Shown here piece by piece: positions 1 through 9,613 of a DNA stretch of 64,000 nucleotides; position 1 is the stretch's first letter, and each line of letters starts with the position of its first letter. The notes under the pieces were generated by a model. That model had not been told where the DNA came from. It did no database searches and saw only the letters and a list, made by a program, of their open reading frames with translations. The stretch spans positions 117,320 through 181,319 of the forward strand of contig JBFXDD010000002.1 in the NCBI GenBank assembly GCA_050181465.1, read 5' to 3'. Position numbers and translations under genes: made by a program. Source of the DNA: Planctomycetota bacterium. GTDB lineage: Bacteria; Planctomycetota; UBA1135; UBA2386.

Positions 1-2
1 CG

Positions 3-677
3 CACGTCACGATGCGTCGAGGTTCCAGCCCGGCTGCACTCGACGCCTTCGATTCCTACGGCCTCGGTTGGTTCCTGAGCGTGGTCGACGGCAAGAAGCT
101 GGTCGAGCATGACGGTGGAATGCCCGGCTACATCTCGAAGGTCGCGTTGATCCCAGCCGACGGGTTCGGAATCGTGCTCCTCAACAACGGGATGGACGGC
201 TTCGTCAACCTCGCGCTTCGACAAGCATTGATCGCCGCCAGACAGGCCAAGGACGGCGAGGACGGCGAGGCGCGAGCCTTCGCGATCATCGATCGCGTTG
301 CGGCAATCGCAACCAGGCGAAAGGCCGCAACCGCCGAGGAACGTCGGGCACGCGCAGCGACACGCGTCGAAGGCACCTCGCCCTCACTGTCGCTCGATCG
401 CTATGCGGGACGCTACCTCGATGGGAGCCTCGGCGAAGCTGCTGTCGAACTGCGTGACGGGGCGCTGCACCTGCGTGTCCTGCCGTCGGCAACCAAGCTG
501 TCGGGGACGATGTCGCATTGGCACCGCGACGTCTTCCGCGTCGACTTCCCCGACCGCTTCCTGCCCTTCGCTCTGGTGTCCTTCGTGCTGGATGTTCGGG
601 GCGGGGTCGAGTCGTTCCGCATCGATTGCCCGATCGACGACTTCGATTTCGCCGCGCTGCACTTCGTCCGTCGGTGA
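3..677 (+). CDS. serine hydrolase / beta-lactamase-family protein, C-terminal part (5' end lies outside the window)
   Basis: The frame is open from the window edge (codons 3-11 contain no stop). The segment LVEHDGGMPGYISKV resembles the conserved H/K-T/S-G box region of class-C-type penicillin-binding protein/esterase folds and is followed by a beta-rich C-terminal domain. The stop codon is at 675-677. Confidence 0.65.
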   Translation, partial: HVTMRRGSSPAALDAFDSYGLGWFLSVVDGKKLVEHDGGMPGYISKVALIPADGFGIVLLNNGMDGFVNLALRQALIAARQAKDGEDGEARAFAIIDRVAAIATRRKAATAEERRARAATRVEGTSPSLSLDRYAGRYLDGSLGEAAVELRDGALHLRVLPSATKLSGTMSHWHRDVFRVDFPDRFLPFALVSFVLDVRGGVESFRIDCPIDDFDFAALHFVRR

Positions 678-701
678 GCGAACTTGACTGTTTCCTGACA
701 G

Positions 702-2576
702 TTGCCGACGCGCCTCCCGGATACTGCGGCCATCGCTGCAAACTCTCGACCTACCGACGCCCGACTCCACGGCACCCACGGTCCCCGCGCTCGCTCCGCC
801 GGCGGCCGCTGGCTGCTCGTCGTGGCGCTGTCGGCACTGGCCCTCCTGATCCTCGCGACCGTGGTGCTCGGCCGCTCGCTCGGCCGCGCTGCCCGCGAGT
901 CGCACCTGCAGCAGACGCGTGCGCTGGACGTCCAGGCGTACCGGCTCGAGCGGCGTCTGCGCGACCCGCGTCTCCTCGAACTCGCGCCTGCATCCCATCG
1001 CTTCACGATGAGCGACGGCCGGATCGTGCGCGACGCCGGTCTCGAGCGACTCGACCGACCCACGCCCTTCGAGCCACAGCGCGAACTCGATGTCATTCTG
1101 CGCGAGAATCTCGCGCGCGTGGAAGCGGCGGGCGACCCGGCACGGATCGTCGAGGGGATCGCGGCTCTGTCGAAGGACCAAGCGGCGACGCCTCGCGCGC
1201 GCGATTGGCTGCGCATGCGACTGGCGTGGGCGGCCCACCGCGCGGGCGACTCGGATCGGCTTCGCGAGGCGCTCCACGCCGACTTCGATCACGACCCCGA
1301 CGCCAGGCTTTCTGCGATCCTCCTGCGCTGGCGAGTGGATCGCGAGTCTTCGCCCGAACTGCGGATTCCGACCGATCTCGAGGCGGCGTTGGCCTCGGCC
1401 AGCGGACCGGTTGCGGAACAGTTCGTGACACGTGCGCGCGAGAGTCTCGGTTCGTCGGCGATCGAGACGGTCGATCTCGTCGCCATGCTGGCCGCGATCG
1501 AGTTGCGACGAACGGTGTTGCGCTCGCTCATACCGCTGGAACCGGAACTCGCGCGTGCGATCGAGCCGGTCGTACAGAGCCTCCCCGCTCATGTGCTGCT
1601 CTTCGATCCGCGTGCTGCCGCTGGCGCGTTGGTCGGCTACGAGGAACTGCGGCGAGCGCTCGACGATGATCCTCGCTTCGCGCTGCGAGTTGCACCACCG
1701 TCGGCATGCCCCGCGCTCGAGCGCGACCTGCTCGCCGGACGATTGCGTCTGTCGATCGCGTCGCTCGACTCCGAACTCGATCTCGCGCAGCGCAGCTTGC
1801 TCGGGATCGGCGCCGCCTTGGCCTTGCTGTGCGGTGTCGGCAGCGTGCTGGCGTTGCGCGCGCAGCGGGCGGAGCGGGCCGCCGCGCGACTGCAAGCCGA
1901 GTTCATCACGACGGTCACCCATGAGCTCAAGACTCCGCTCTCCGGGATCCGACTGGTCGCCGAGCTGTTGAGCGAGGGTCACGTCGTGGCTGAGAACGAG
2001 CGCGCGCAGTGGCTTCGTCGATTGGTCGCGGAGTCTGCACGCCTGGGGATGTTGCTCGACAACGTGCTGGATCTCGGGCGCTTCGAGCGCGGCGAAGTCC
2101 GGCTCCGCCGCGAGGTCTTTGCGCTCGGTCCGCTCGTCGACGGCGCTGCGGGGATCCTGCGGCCGTTGCTCGAGCGCGATGGCTTCGAGCTGCGAGTCGG
2201 CACGCTGACCGAGGCTCTTGTCGTCGGGGATCCGCAGGCGCTGACCCAAGTCCTGATGAACCTCGCCGACAACGCGCGGAAGTACGGCCGCTCACCGGTC
2301 ATGATCGAGATGGTCGAGGACGCGGATTCCGTGGCCCTGGTCCTCAGCGATGCCGGGGATGGCGTGAGCGTCGAGGAAGAGAGTTCCATCTTCGAGCGGT
2401 TTCGTCGCGGCCGCGCGCACCGCGACGGCAGCATTCCCGGGGTTGGCCTCGGGTTGCACCTGTGTCGGACCATCATCACCAACCTGGGCGGGACGCTGAC
2501 GGTGCACGGCGCCCGCTTCACGGTGCGCTTGCCCAAAGCTCGCCCGGCACCCACAGCAGAGGTTCGAAATGAGTGA
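702..2576 (+). CDS. sensor histidine kinase (one N-terminal TM segment, large periplasmic/helical region, HisKA + HATPase_c)
   Basis: H-box FITTVTHELKTPLSGI, N-box NLADNARKYG, G1 SDAGDGV and G2 GVGLGLHLCRTI are present. A TM segment WLLVVALSALALLILATVVLG lies near the N-terminus. The start is a TTG at 702, so the exact start is uncertain. Confidence 0.85.
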   Translation: MPTRLPDTAAIAANSRPTDARLHGTHGPRARSAGGRWLLVVALSALALLILATVVLGRSLGRAARESHLQQTRALDVQAYRLERRLRDPRLLELAPASHRFTMSDGRIVRDAGLERLDRPTPFEPQRELDVILRENLARVEAAGDPARIVEGIAALSKDQAATPRARDWLRMRLAWAAHRAGDSDRLREALHADFDHDPDARLSAILLRWRVDRESSPELRIPTDLEAALASASGPVAEQFVTRARESLGSSAIETVDLVAMLAAIELRRTVLRSLIPLEPELARAIEPVVQSLPAHVLLFDPRAAAGALVGYEELRRALDDDPRFALRVAPPSACPALERDLLAGRLRLSIASLDSELDLAQRSLLGIGAALALLCGVGSVLALRAQRAERAAARLQAEFITTVTHELKTPLSGIRLVAELLSEGHVVAENERAQWLRRLVAESARLGMLLDNVLDLGRFERGEVRLRREVFALGPLVDGAAGILRPLLERDGFELRVGTLTEALVVGDPQALTQVLMNLADNARKYGRSPVMIEMVEDADSVALVLSDAGDGVSVEEESSIFERFRRGRAHRDGSIPGVGLGLHLCRTIITNLGGTLTVHGARFTVRLPKARPAPTAEVRNE

Positions 2577-3285
2577 TCGCCCGCGTCTCTTGGTCGTCGA
2601 GGACGACGCCACGCTCCGTGACGGTCTCGCACTCGCACTCGCCGGGCAGGATTGGTTCGTGGAGACCGCAGCGGACGGCGCGTTGGCCCAGCGGTTGCTT
2701 GCCGGCCTGAACTTCGATGTGGTGCTGCTCGATCTCATGCTGCCGCAGCGCAGCGGACTCGAAGTGCTACGAGGGCTACGCGCGGCCGGCAATCGCGCCG
2801 TCGTGATCGTGTTGACTGCCAAAGGCGAGGAGAGCGAGAAGGTGCTCGCGCTCGACCTCGGTGCCGACGACTACGTCACGAAGCCCTTCGGCTTGCGCGA
2901 GCTGATGGCTCGCGTGCGCGCGCATCTACGACGAATCGGCCGGTTGGATGCGAGTGCCCAAGAGCCGATCGGGGTGTTCCGACTGGGCGAGATCACGATC
3001 GATCTCGGCGCCTTCACGGTCCGTCGCGTGGAGGGCGAGGTCAGTTTGTCGCGCAAGGAAGCGGGAATCCTCGAGTTGCTTGTGCGTGCCAAGGGACGGG
3101 CCGTCGATCGCAACGAGATCCTCGATGTGGTGTGGGGGCGCGGCAGCGACGTGACCCATCGCACGATCGATACGCACGTTCTCAACCTCCGCCAGAAGAT
3201 CGAGGGGGAGCCGGCTTCGCCGCGGCATCTGCTCGCGGTGCACGGTGTGGGCTACCGCCTCGTGATGGACTCGACCGATTCTTGA
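2569..3285 (+). CDS. OmpR-family response regulator (receiver + winged-helix DNA-binding domain)
   Basis: Receiver motifs LLVVEDD and VLLDLMLP and the C-terminal Trans_reg_C-like RTIDTHVLNLRQKI...GVGYRL are present. The start overlaps the kinase stop by 8 bp (ATGAGTGA), indicating translational coupling. Confidence 0.9.
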   Translation: MSDRPRLLVVEDDATLRDGLALALAGQDWFVETAADGALAQRLLAGLNFDVVLLDLMLPQRSGLEVLRGLRAAGNRAVVIVLTAKGEESEKVLALDLGADDYVTKPFGLRELMARVRAHLRRIGRLDASAQEPIGVFRLGEITIDLGAFTVRRVEGEVSLSRKEAGILELLVRAKGRAVDRNEILDVVWGRGSDVTHRTIDTHVLNLRQKIEGEPASPRHLLAVHGVGYRLVMDSTDS

Positions 3286-3299
3286 CAGGACTTCGACCG

Positions 3300-6164
3300 A
3301 TGCTCGACCGCGCGGAGGCCCGTTTCGTCGTCAATCCTCACATGGCAAGACTCAGCTTGTGTGCGCTTCTCCTCCTCGCCGGTCTGACCACGGCGCAGGA
3401 GCTTCCGACCCACGACTCCCTTCGCGCCGCGATCGCGATCGAAGAGCTCGAGCACGACGTCGACGGCGCCATCGCGCGGTATTCCGCCCTCGCCGACGAC
3501 CAGACCCTCACCGATGCCGTGCGACGCCACGCCGCGCTCCGCCTCGGTCGCCTCCTCCGGGCGCGGGGCGAGGTGGCGTCGGCACGTGCCGCACTGGAAC
3601 GCGCGGCCGGCGGTGACGACGCGGTCGCGAAGGCCGCCCGCGAGGCTCTCGACGGCGTCGGTTCCGACGCGCGCGACGTGGAACTCGCCAAGCGCGCGGA
3701 GGCGGCGGTGGCGCAGATGACCGGCGAGACTCGCGGACCCGGCAGCGGTACGGCGACCGTCACGGTCGAGGACCTCGCCTGGTTCGGCGACCACGCCGTC
3801 CCGGCGATTCGGCGGGGGCTTGGTCGGGAAGACCTTCTCGATGCAACGCGCCGAAGCTTGTGCGACGTGCTTTGCAGGAGTGCGACTCCGGGGATGCTCG
3901 CTCTCTTCGAGGAAGCGCTGGCGGGGCCGCACGGCGCGTTTGCGGCGCTGTCGATTGCACAGCTCCCCGTGCAACCCAAGCAGCCCGAGCTGGTCACGGC
4001 GATGCTCTCGAGGGTCCTCGCGACGGCGCCGGACTCGGTCGCGGGCCCCTTGGTCGTCGGTCTGCGCGACACCCGGCTCATCGATCCGACGACCTTCGTG
4101 ATGCTGCTCACCGGCGATCGGGAGGCGACCCGGCTTGCCGCGATCGAGAGAGCCCTGAGCTACTTCGACCGGCAGAAAGACCAGGAACTCGCGGAGCAGC
4201 TCACGACGGCGCTGCCGAGTCTCTTGCAGCGGAAGTCGCGCCGCGAGGTCGAAGCGGCGCTGTCTCTGCTCGGAATGCTGGCGCCGTGGACGGGCGGCGC
4301 TCGCGGTCTGTGGCTCTCGAACATCTCGACGGCCGGCGGGCGACTCCTGCTCGACAGTCGGTTACCCAACCCGCGCCCGACGCCGACCCCGAACGAGAAC
4401 CTCGGCGCGTTCCGCGATGCCCTGGAGGTGGTCGGGCCGGTCCTCGGCAGTTGGCGTCAGGAACAACACGGCTTGCTGTGGATCCTCGACGACTATCTGT
4501 CTCGCGGTGCCTGGGAGCGGGAAGCGCTCGAGGTCGTGCTCCGCGCGATGGAACTCGGCTACTGGTGTCAGCAGACGCCGACGTGGCTGGAGCAACACGC
4601 GACGACTGCGGATGTCGGTCGGATCGTGACCGCGTTGGCGACTAGTCCTGGCTCGATCGCAGAGCTCGCGCCGATACTGCTTCGCAGCGGACTCACCGCG
4701 GCACATCTTCAGCCGCTCGTCGATCGACTGCATCGGTCCGCATTGGACGCCGCGGACGAGGACACGCTCCGGTGCGAGGTACTGTGCGCCGCCGTCGGCG
4801 TGGAGTCTTCGATCCAGCGTCTGCACGAGCTCTACTCAGCGAGCGTAGAGCGAGACCTGAATCGAGCCGCCCGCCATTGCCGGTTCCTCGTCACGATCGG
4901 CTTCGCGTCCGACCACGCGGTGACGACTCAGGTTCTGCACGCCGCGCTCGACTCGAAGTACCTATTTGGATCGCGGGCTGCCAAGGGCATGCTCGTGGCG
5001 ACACTGATTCGACGCGGTGATGGTCGCATCCTCGAGCGGCTCGATGCCCTGCCGACCTCGGTTCTGACCGAGCGGTTCTCGCTCGACGATCTTGGTGATC
5101 ACTCCCAGCCCAACATGACCGCGCTGGATGCCCTGGTGTTGACGATCCGAAGGGAGGATCGACTGGCATGGTGGCACGGCTATTCCGACGCGGAACTTCC
5201 AGGGATCTGGACTCGCTTGCTGGCCGGTAAGGACGGCGAGTGGCGTACCTGGCAGAGTCACCTCCGCCTGCCGTACCTCGCGATCGACCGACCTGCGACG
5301 CCCGCGCGCGTCGCGCTGCAGGCGGTGGTGATCGACGCCTTGATTGCGCGCTGCGCGCAGGATTCCTCGGGCTGGCATCACGGCGACATCGGGAGCACGC
5401 TGGCCGTCGGGGTGGCGGGAAGCGCGGTCGACGCCGGCATCCGGTCCAAGCTCGACGACCTGGTCCATGCGGCACTGCGTGCGCGCTCGGCTTGGATCGT
5501 GCAGCACACGGTGGGGCAACTTGGCGACCACGGTGATCGCTTCCGCCGCAGCTTGCTGGTGGCCGCCGCCCACGAGGATCCCGAGACCGCGCAGTCGGCC
5601 GTCGAGAAACTGGCCGAATCGGGGCCGTTGAGCGTGGAGGAGTGCATGGGTCTCGCGACGAGCTCCCTCGGGGACGTCGGTCGCAAGACCGCGTTCGCCG
5701 CCCTCGCCGAGCTTCGTGCCGGTTTCGACGTGCGTTACGTGCCCGTCCTCGATCACCCCGATCCTGCGGTGCGTGCGGCAGTCGTGAACTTCTTCGCGAG
5801 CACGATGGATCTCGCGGTCGTGCCGCACTTGCTGGAGCGGCTACGCGATCCGGCGACCGAAGTCCGCGATGCGAGCTCCGCTGCGCTCGGCGCGATTCGT
5901 CTCTACCACGAGGAGAAGCAGCGGTGGGCGGCTCTGCAACGCGGCGTCGTGCCGCTCGATGCGACCGCTGCGGCCGCGGCATTGCTCGCGCAGGCCGGCG
6001 AGAAGAACGACTCGGCACAGCGCGTGTTGGCGATCACGTCGCTCGGCGTGCTCGGCGCACCCGAGGTGCTTCCCAACCTGATCGGTTGGCTACGTGACCC
6101 GGATCCGGCGGTGCAGACGGCCGTGCGAGCGGCCATCACGGAGATCCACCAGCGGAAGCGTTGA
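3300..6164 (+). CDS. secreted HEAT/armadillo-repeat protein
   Basis: An internal ATG at 3300 (or 3342) precedes the signal-like segment ARLSLCALLLLAGLTTAQE. The C-terminus has repeated HEAT signatures (LDHPDPAVRAAVV, LRDPATEVRDASSAALGAI, LRDPDPAVQTAVRAAI). The upstream part of ORF 2652..6164 overlaps the response regulator and has shadow-ORF composition. Confidence 0.7.
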   Translation: MLDRAEARFVVNPHMARLSLCALLLLAGLTTAQELPTHDSLRAAIAIEELEHDVDGAIARYSALADDQTLTDAVRRHAALRLGRLLRARGEVASARAALERAAGGDDAVAKAAREALDGVGSDARDVELAKRAEAAVAQMTGETRGPGSGTATVTVEDLAWFGDHAVPAIRRGLGREDLLDATRRSLCDVLCRSATPGMLALFEEALAGPHGAFAALSIAQLPVQPKQPELVTAMLSRVLATAPDSVAGPLVVGLRDTRLIDPTTFVMLLTGDREATRLAAIERALSYFDRQKDQELAEQLTTALPSLLQRKSRREVEAALSLLGMLAPWTGGARGLWLSNISTAGGRLLLDSRLPNPRPTPTPNENLGAFRDALEVVGPVLGSWRQEQHGLLWILDDYLSRGAWEREALEVVLRAMELGYWCQQTPTWLEQHATTADVGRIVTALATSPGSIAELAPILLRSGLTAAHLQPLVDRLHRSALDAADEDTLRCEVLCAAVGVESSIQRLHELYSASVERDLNRAARHCRFLVTIGFASDHAVTTQVLHAALDSKYLFGSRAAKGMLVATLIRRGDGRILERLDALPTSVLTERFSLDDLGDHSQPNMTALDALVLTIRREDRLAWWHGYSDAELPGIWTRLLAGKDGEWRTWQSHLRLPYLAIDRPATPARVALQAVVIDALIARCAQDSSGWHHGDIGSTLAVGVAGSAVDAGIRSKLDDLVHAALRARSAWIVQHTVGQLGDHGDRFRRSLLVAAAHEDPETAQSAVEKLAESGPLSVEECMGLATSSLGDVGRKTAFAALAELRAGFDVRYVPVLDHPDPAVRAAVVNFFASTMDLAVVPHLLERLRDPATEVRDASSAALGAIRLYHEEKQRWAALQRGVVPLDATAAAAALLAQAGEKNDSAQRVLAITSLGVLGAPEVLPNLIGWLRDPDPAVQTAVRAAITEIHQRKR

Positions 6165-6165
6165 G

Positions 6166-7296
6166 TCAGCCGCCGCCGATGCGCTGGAGCAGACTCTTCG
6201 CGAGACCGCGGACGCGCTCTGCGCTCGCCGCCAGTTCCGCCTTCCGCGCTTCGCGCTGCACGAAGGCCTCGCCGTCTTCGAGTTTGATCGCACGGTCCAC
6301 GTCCGCCAGCAGCTTGTCGCGACTCGACTCGGCGAGCAACGCGGCGAGTGCGGCCGGATCATCGCCGTGCGTAGCGAACAGGTAGTGAAAGCGCGGCACC
6401 AGCAGGGCGTACAGCGGGTCCATGTTCGGCTCGGCACTCACGAAGGCCGCCGCGGCCGCTTCGATGGTGGTCCGATGCACGCGGTGCTTCTTCACCGCGG
6501 CGCGAATGTCGTCGTACAGCCGATCGCGCGGTGGGCCGCCCAGCGGTGAAACGTGTTGACGCTGGTTCAGGATCCGCCAGCCGAAGGGAACGGCATCCAC
6601 GTCGGGGATGTCGATGATCTCGCCGGAGTACCAAGCATCGTAGAGGGTGATTCCGGGGTAGGAACGCGCGGCGAGGTCGCAGAAGCGATGCGCGAAGTAC
6701 CAGCCGTACTGGCGCTGGGTGGGCTCACGATCGAGTGCGGCCAGGACTCGCGCGACGGCGTGGTCGGTGTACGGGGGGTAGCCCGCGAGAGCGTTGGCGA
6801 AGAGATCGGCGTAGCCGAGCGGTTCTCGGCGGACGATCTCACCGGTCAACCAGTCGTAGTCGACTTCGCGGCGCAGGTCGGGCAGGAACGCTGCGCGCGA
6901 GAAGCGCTGCTTGGCGGCGAGGTAGGGCTTGGCGTCGACAGGGTAGGGTCGGCGATCGTGCGGCCCCATCGCGTTGACGTAGTCGGCGTGGGCATCGGCT
7001 TCGTCGCCGAAGACCGGCTCGCTGATCCGCGCGCTCGCCACGCCGTCGAGGTCGACCGCGAAAGTGCCGACCCGCAGGGCCAGGGGATCGCCGGCCTGAC
7101 CCAAACTGCGCTCGAGCTGCCGCACGATCGCCGCCTGCTGCCGCGCACCGAGGCTGAGGAATTTCTGGAGGTCGGCGTCGCCGTCCTGTGCGGCCGGCGC
7201 GCCGGTGGAGACGACTAGGCCGAGGATCAGGCGGGTAGCGGGCGTCAAGCGAGTTGGTCGGTGGGGGCGAATCGCCGTCATCACGTTCACCTTCAT
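6166..7296 (-). CDS. hypothetical secreted protein
   Basis: Composition is protein-like (rich in W/Y/F/H), unlike the V/G/D/R-rich plus-strand shadow ORF 6553..7218. The internal start MKVNVMTAIRPHRPTRLTPATRLILGLVVSTGAPAAQ looks like a signal peptide. I recognise no family. Confidence 0.55.
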   Translation of the reverse strand: MKVNVMTAIRPHRPTRLTPATRLILGLVVSTGAPAAQDGDADLQKFLSLGARQQAAIVRQLERSLGQAGDPLALRVGTFAVDLDGVASARISEPVFGDEADAHADYVNAMGPHDRRPYPVDAKPYLAAKQRFSRAAFLPDLRREVDYDWLTGEIVRREPLGYADLFANALAGYPPYTDHAVARVLAALDREPTQRQYGWYFAHRFCDLAARSYPGITLYDAWYSGEIIDIPDVDAVPFGWRILNQRQHVSPLGGPPRDRLYDDIRAAVKKHRVHRTTIEAAAAAFVSAEPNMDPLYALLVPRFHYLFATHGDDPAALAALLAESSRDKLLADVDRAIKLEDGEAFVQREARKAELAASAERVRGLAKSLLQRIGGG

Positions 7297-7488
7297 CGTC
7301 GAAATGTCCGGGATCATGACAGCGGATCTGGCGGCGGTGCACCAGGGCGTCCTCCGCGGCGCCCGGAGACGCCGGTCGTGCGCTCCCGACCACAAAATTT
7401 CACTGCGCTTCGCGAAACCTCCCTCGGCGGCGGGGTTATTCGCTCCGTTCCCGTTCGGGCGCGTGGCCCGTGCGGGGACAACCGGACG

Positions 7489-7563
7489 GTAGGCTTTCCA
7501 CCGAGGAGTCAAAGGCACGGTGCCGGAGACTCCGGGGGCGAGGTGGAAAGCCTACGTTTTTTT
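7489..7563 (+). terminator. strong intrinsic terminator oriented for the plus strand (no plus-strand gene upstream)
   Basis: A perfect 14-bp stem GTAGGCTTTCCACC (7489-7502) pairs with GGTGGAAAGCCTAC (7542-7555). Inner pairing GGAGTC/GACTCC and GGCAC/GTGCC extends the structure. The hairpin is followed by G and seven T (7557-7563). Confidence 0.5.
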
Positions 7564-7643
7564 CTGGAGACCCGCGTCTCTGCGATCGGAAGCGCTGCCG
7601 GAACCACCCCGGTGCAGTCGCACGCGACACGAGCGATGAGACG

Positions 7644-8912
7644 CTACTCGTGCCGCAGGGCTTCCACCGGATCCATGTCCGCCGCCCGCCACGCCGGGTA
7701 GAGCCCGAACACCACGCCGACGACGAAAGAGATCCCGAAGGCCAAGAGGACGTGCGGCCACAGCACCACGGTCGGCTCGCCGAACAGCGGTGTGATCACC
7801 GCTTCGGGGATGAGCCATCCGACCGCAACGCCGAGCAGGCCGCCGAATCCGCTCAGCACCCCGGTCTCGACCATGAACTGCTGCACGATGTGCGTACGCT
7901 TCGCGCCGAGTGCCCGGCGAATGCCGATCTCGCGAGTGCGTTCGGTCACCGTCGCGAGCATCACGTTCATGATGCCGATGCCGCCGACCAGGAGGGAGAT
8001 CCCGGCCATGCACCCCATCATGAAGTTCCACTTGCGCTTGCTCTCTTCCGTCTCGCGCAGCAATTCCAGCGGGACGGTCACCACGTAGTCGGTCGACTCC
8101 CGATGGAAGTCCGCGGTGAGGGTTCGCACGACGTTCGCCGCCGGCATCACGTCCTCGGCGGTCCGCATCTTGATCTTGATCTCGTGCAGCTCGACGCGTT
8201 CGCGAGTCATGCTGCCGCCGCTGCGGGTGGTCGTCTCGTCGCCGAAGCGGAGCCGCGAGGTCGAGATCGGCACGAAGACGCACATGTCGAGCGGCGGGCC
8301 GACGCTGCCGCTGGAGCGGCCGAGTTCCTCGAGCACGCCGACCACCGTGTAGCGGTCCTCATTCACCCGGATCGAGTCACCGAGAGGGTCGTCGAGGGGG
8401 AACAGTGCCTGGGCTGCTTGATAGCCGAGCACGCAGACGTTCGCCGTGCGGACCAGGTCGACGGCGCTGAGCCAGCGGCCTTCGCGCACGCGCATTCCCA
8501 CCGTGCCCAAGAACGCCGGCTCGGTGCCGACCGTCACGCTCGAGAGCCAGTAGGACGGGCTGCGCATCTCGCTCGGCGTCTCTCGGATCTGCACGACCTC
8601 CTCCGCGCTCTCGAGAGTGTCGCGGATGCGTTCCGCATCGCGATACGTGAGTCCGTAGGCGCTCGCGGTCCACGGCGACTGGGAGGACGCGTCGGCAGTC
8701 GCCGGCGGCTTGCTGCTGCGGAGCAGGATGTTGGTCGAACCCATCGCGCGGATGCGTTCGAGGGCTTCGCGGCTGGCGCCTTCGCCGATCGCGAGCATGC
8801 CGATCACGGCGGCGACGCCGAACAAGAGGCCGAGCATCGTCAGCGCCGAGCGCAGCTTGTGGAGCAGCAGGCTCTTGATGCCCAGGCGGACCGTGCGGAG
8901 GAAAGCGCGCAT
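7644..8912 (-). CDS. ABC exporter permease, MacB/FtsX family (MacB periplasmic core domain + FtsX 4-TM)
   Basis: The N-terminus MRAFLRTVRLGIKSLLLHKLRSALTMLGLLFGVAAVI is typical of this family. The C-terminal FtsX motif REIGIRRALGAKRTHIVQQF is present. The ATG at 8912 forms an ATGA overlap with the ATPase stop. Confidence 0.85.
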   Translation of the reverse strand: MRAFLRTVRLGIKSLLLHKLRSALTMLGLLFGVAAVIGMLAIGEGASREALERIRAMGSTNILLRSSKPPATADASSQSPWTASAYGLTYRDAERIRDTLESAEEVVQIRETPSEMRSPSYWLSSVTVGTEPAFLGTVGMRVREGRWLSAVDLVRTANVCVLGYQAAQALFPLDDPLGDSIRVNEDRYTVVGVLEELGRSSGSVGPPLDMCVFVPISTSRLRFGDETTTRSGGSMTRERVELHEIKIKMRTAEDVMPAANVVRTLTADFHRESTDYVVTVPLELLRETEESKRKWNFMMGCMAGISLLVGGIGIMNVMLATVTERTREIGIRRALGAKRTHIVQQFMVETGVLSGFGGLLGVAVGWLIPEAVITPLFGEPTVVLWPHVLLAFGISFVVGVVFGLYPAWRAADMDPVEALRHE

Positions 8913-9613
8913 CAGCGACGGTTCTCCACGATGGATTCGAGCTTGCCGTCCGCCAGCCACAGCACGCGCTCGGCGTGCTTGGCCACGCTGTCGTTGTGGG
9001 TGACGATCACGATGGTCACTCCGTCGCGGTGCAGCTCGTCGAGGAGCGCGAGGATTTCCCTCTCGGTATTCGAGTCGAGGTTGCCGGTGGCTTCATCGGC
9101 GAGAAGGAACAGCGGGTCGTTCATCAGCGCGCGGGCGATGGCGACGCGCTGTTGTTGACCGCCGGACAGTTCGAGCGGGCGGTGGTCGAGTCGGCGACCG
9201 AGGCCGACGCGTTCCGCGAGTTCTTCGGCTTTGGCGCGCGACTTCGGGCCGATGCGATCCTGGTAGAACAGCGGAACTTCGAGGTTCTCGAGCACCGTGA
9301 GCTGCGGGATCAAGTTGAAGGACTGAAAGATGAAGCCGATCTCGCGGCCGCGCACCTCCGAAAGCTCGGAGTCGCTCAGCTTGCTGACGTCTCGACCGCC
9401 GAGGCGATACTCACCGGACGTCGGACGATCGAGACAGCCGAGCAGGTTCAATGCCGTGCTCTTGCCCGAACCGCTGCGGCCCATGATCGCCACGTACTCG
9501 CCGCGGTTGATACGGATGGACAGCCCGTTGAGTGCGCGGACGACGGTCTCGCCCATCACGTAGTGACGGTGGACGTCGACGAACTCGGCGATGGGGGTGT
9601 TCGAATCGCTCAC
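8912..9613 (-). CDS. ABC transporter ATP-binding protein (MacB/LolD/DevA-type)
   Basis: Walker A GRSGSGKST, the signature LSGGQQQRVAIARAL and Walker B FLLADEATGNLD are present. The gene overlaps the adaptor gene stop by 4 bp. Confidence 0.9.
   Translation of the reverse strand: MSDSNTPIAEFVDVHRHYVMGETVVRALNGLSIRINRGEYVAIMGRSGSGKSTALNLLGCLDRPTSGEYRLGGRDVSKLSDSELSEVRGREIGFIFQSFNLIPQLTVLENLEVPLFYQDRIGPKSRAKAEELAERVGLGRRLDHRPLELSGGQQQRVAIARALMNDPLFLLADEATGNLDSNTEREILALLDELHRDGVTIVIVTHNDSVAKHAERVLWLADGKLESIVENRR

Noticed and set aside
384-2249. A 621-aa minus-strand ORF opposite the histidine kinase. Similar shadows occur at 7470-9158, 11150-12913, 15445-16686, 17498-19360, 18616-20403, 31223-33256, 33543-35042, 38338-40134, 40545-43304, 46123-47364, 49042-50289, 59169-60443 and 61367-62797.
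   Set aside because: All are antisense or out of frame relative to genes with strong family signatures. All show shadow-ORF composition (R/G/A/P/D/V-rich, few K/N/I/F/Y) and lack any motif.
2652-3299. The N-terminal 216 codons of ORF 2652-6164.
   Set aside because: This part overlaps the response regulator in another frame and is Arg-rich junk. The real HEAT-repeat gene starts at the ATG at 3300/3342, just before a signal peptide.
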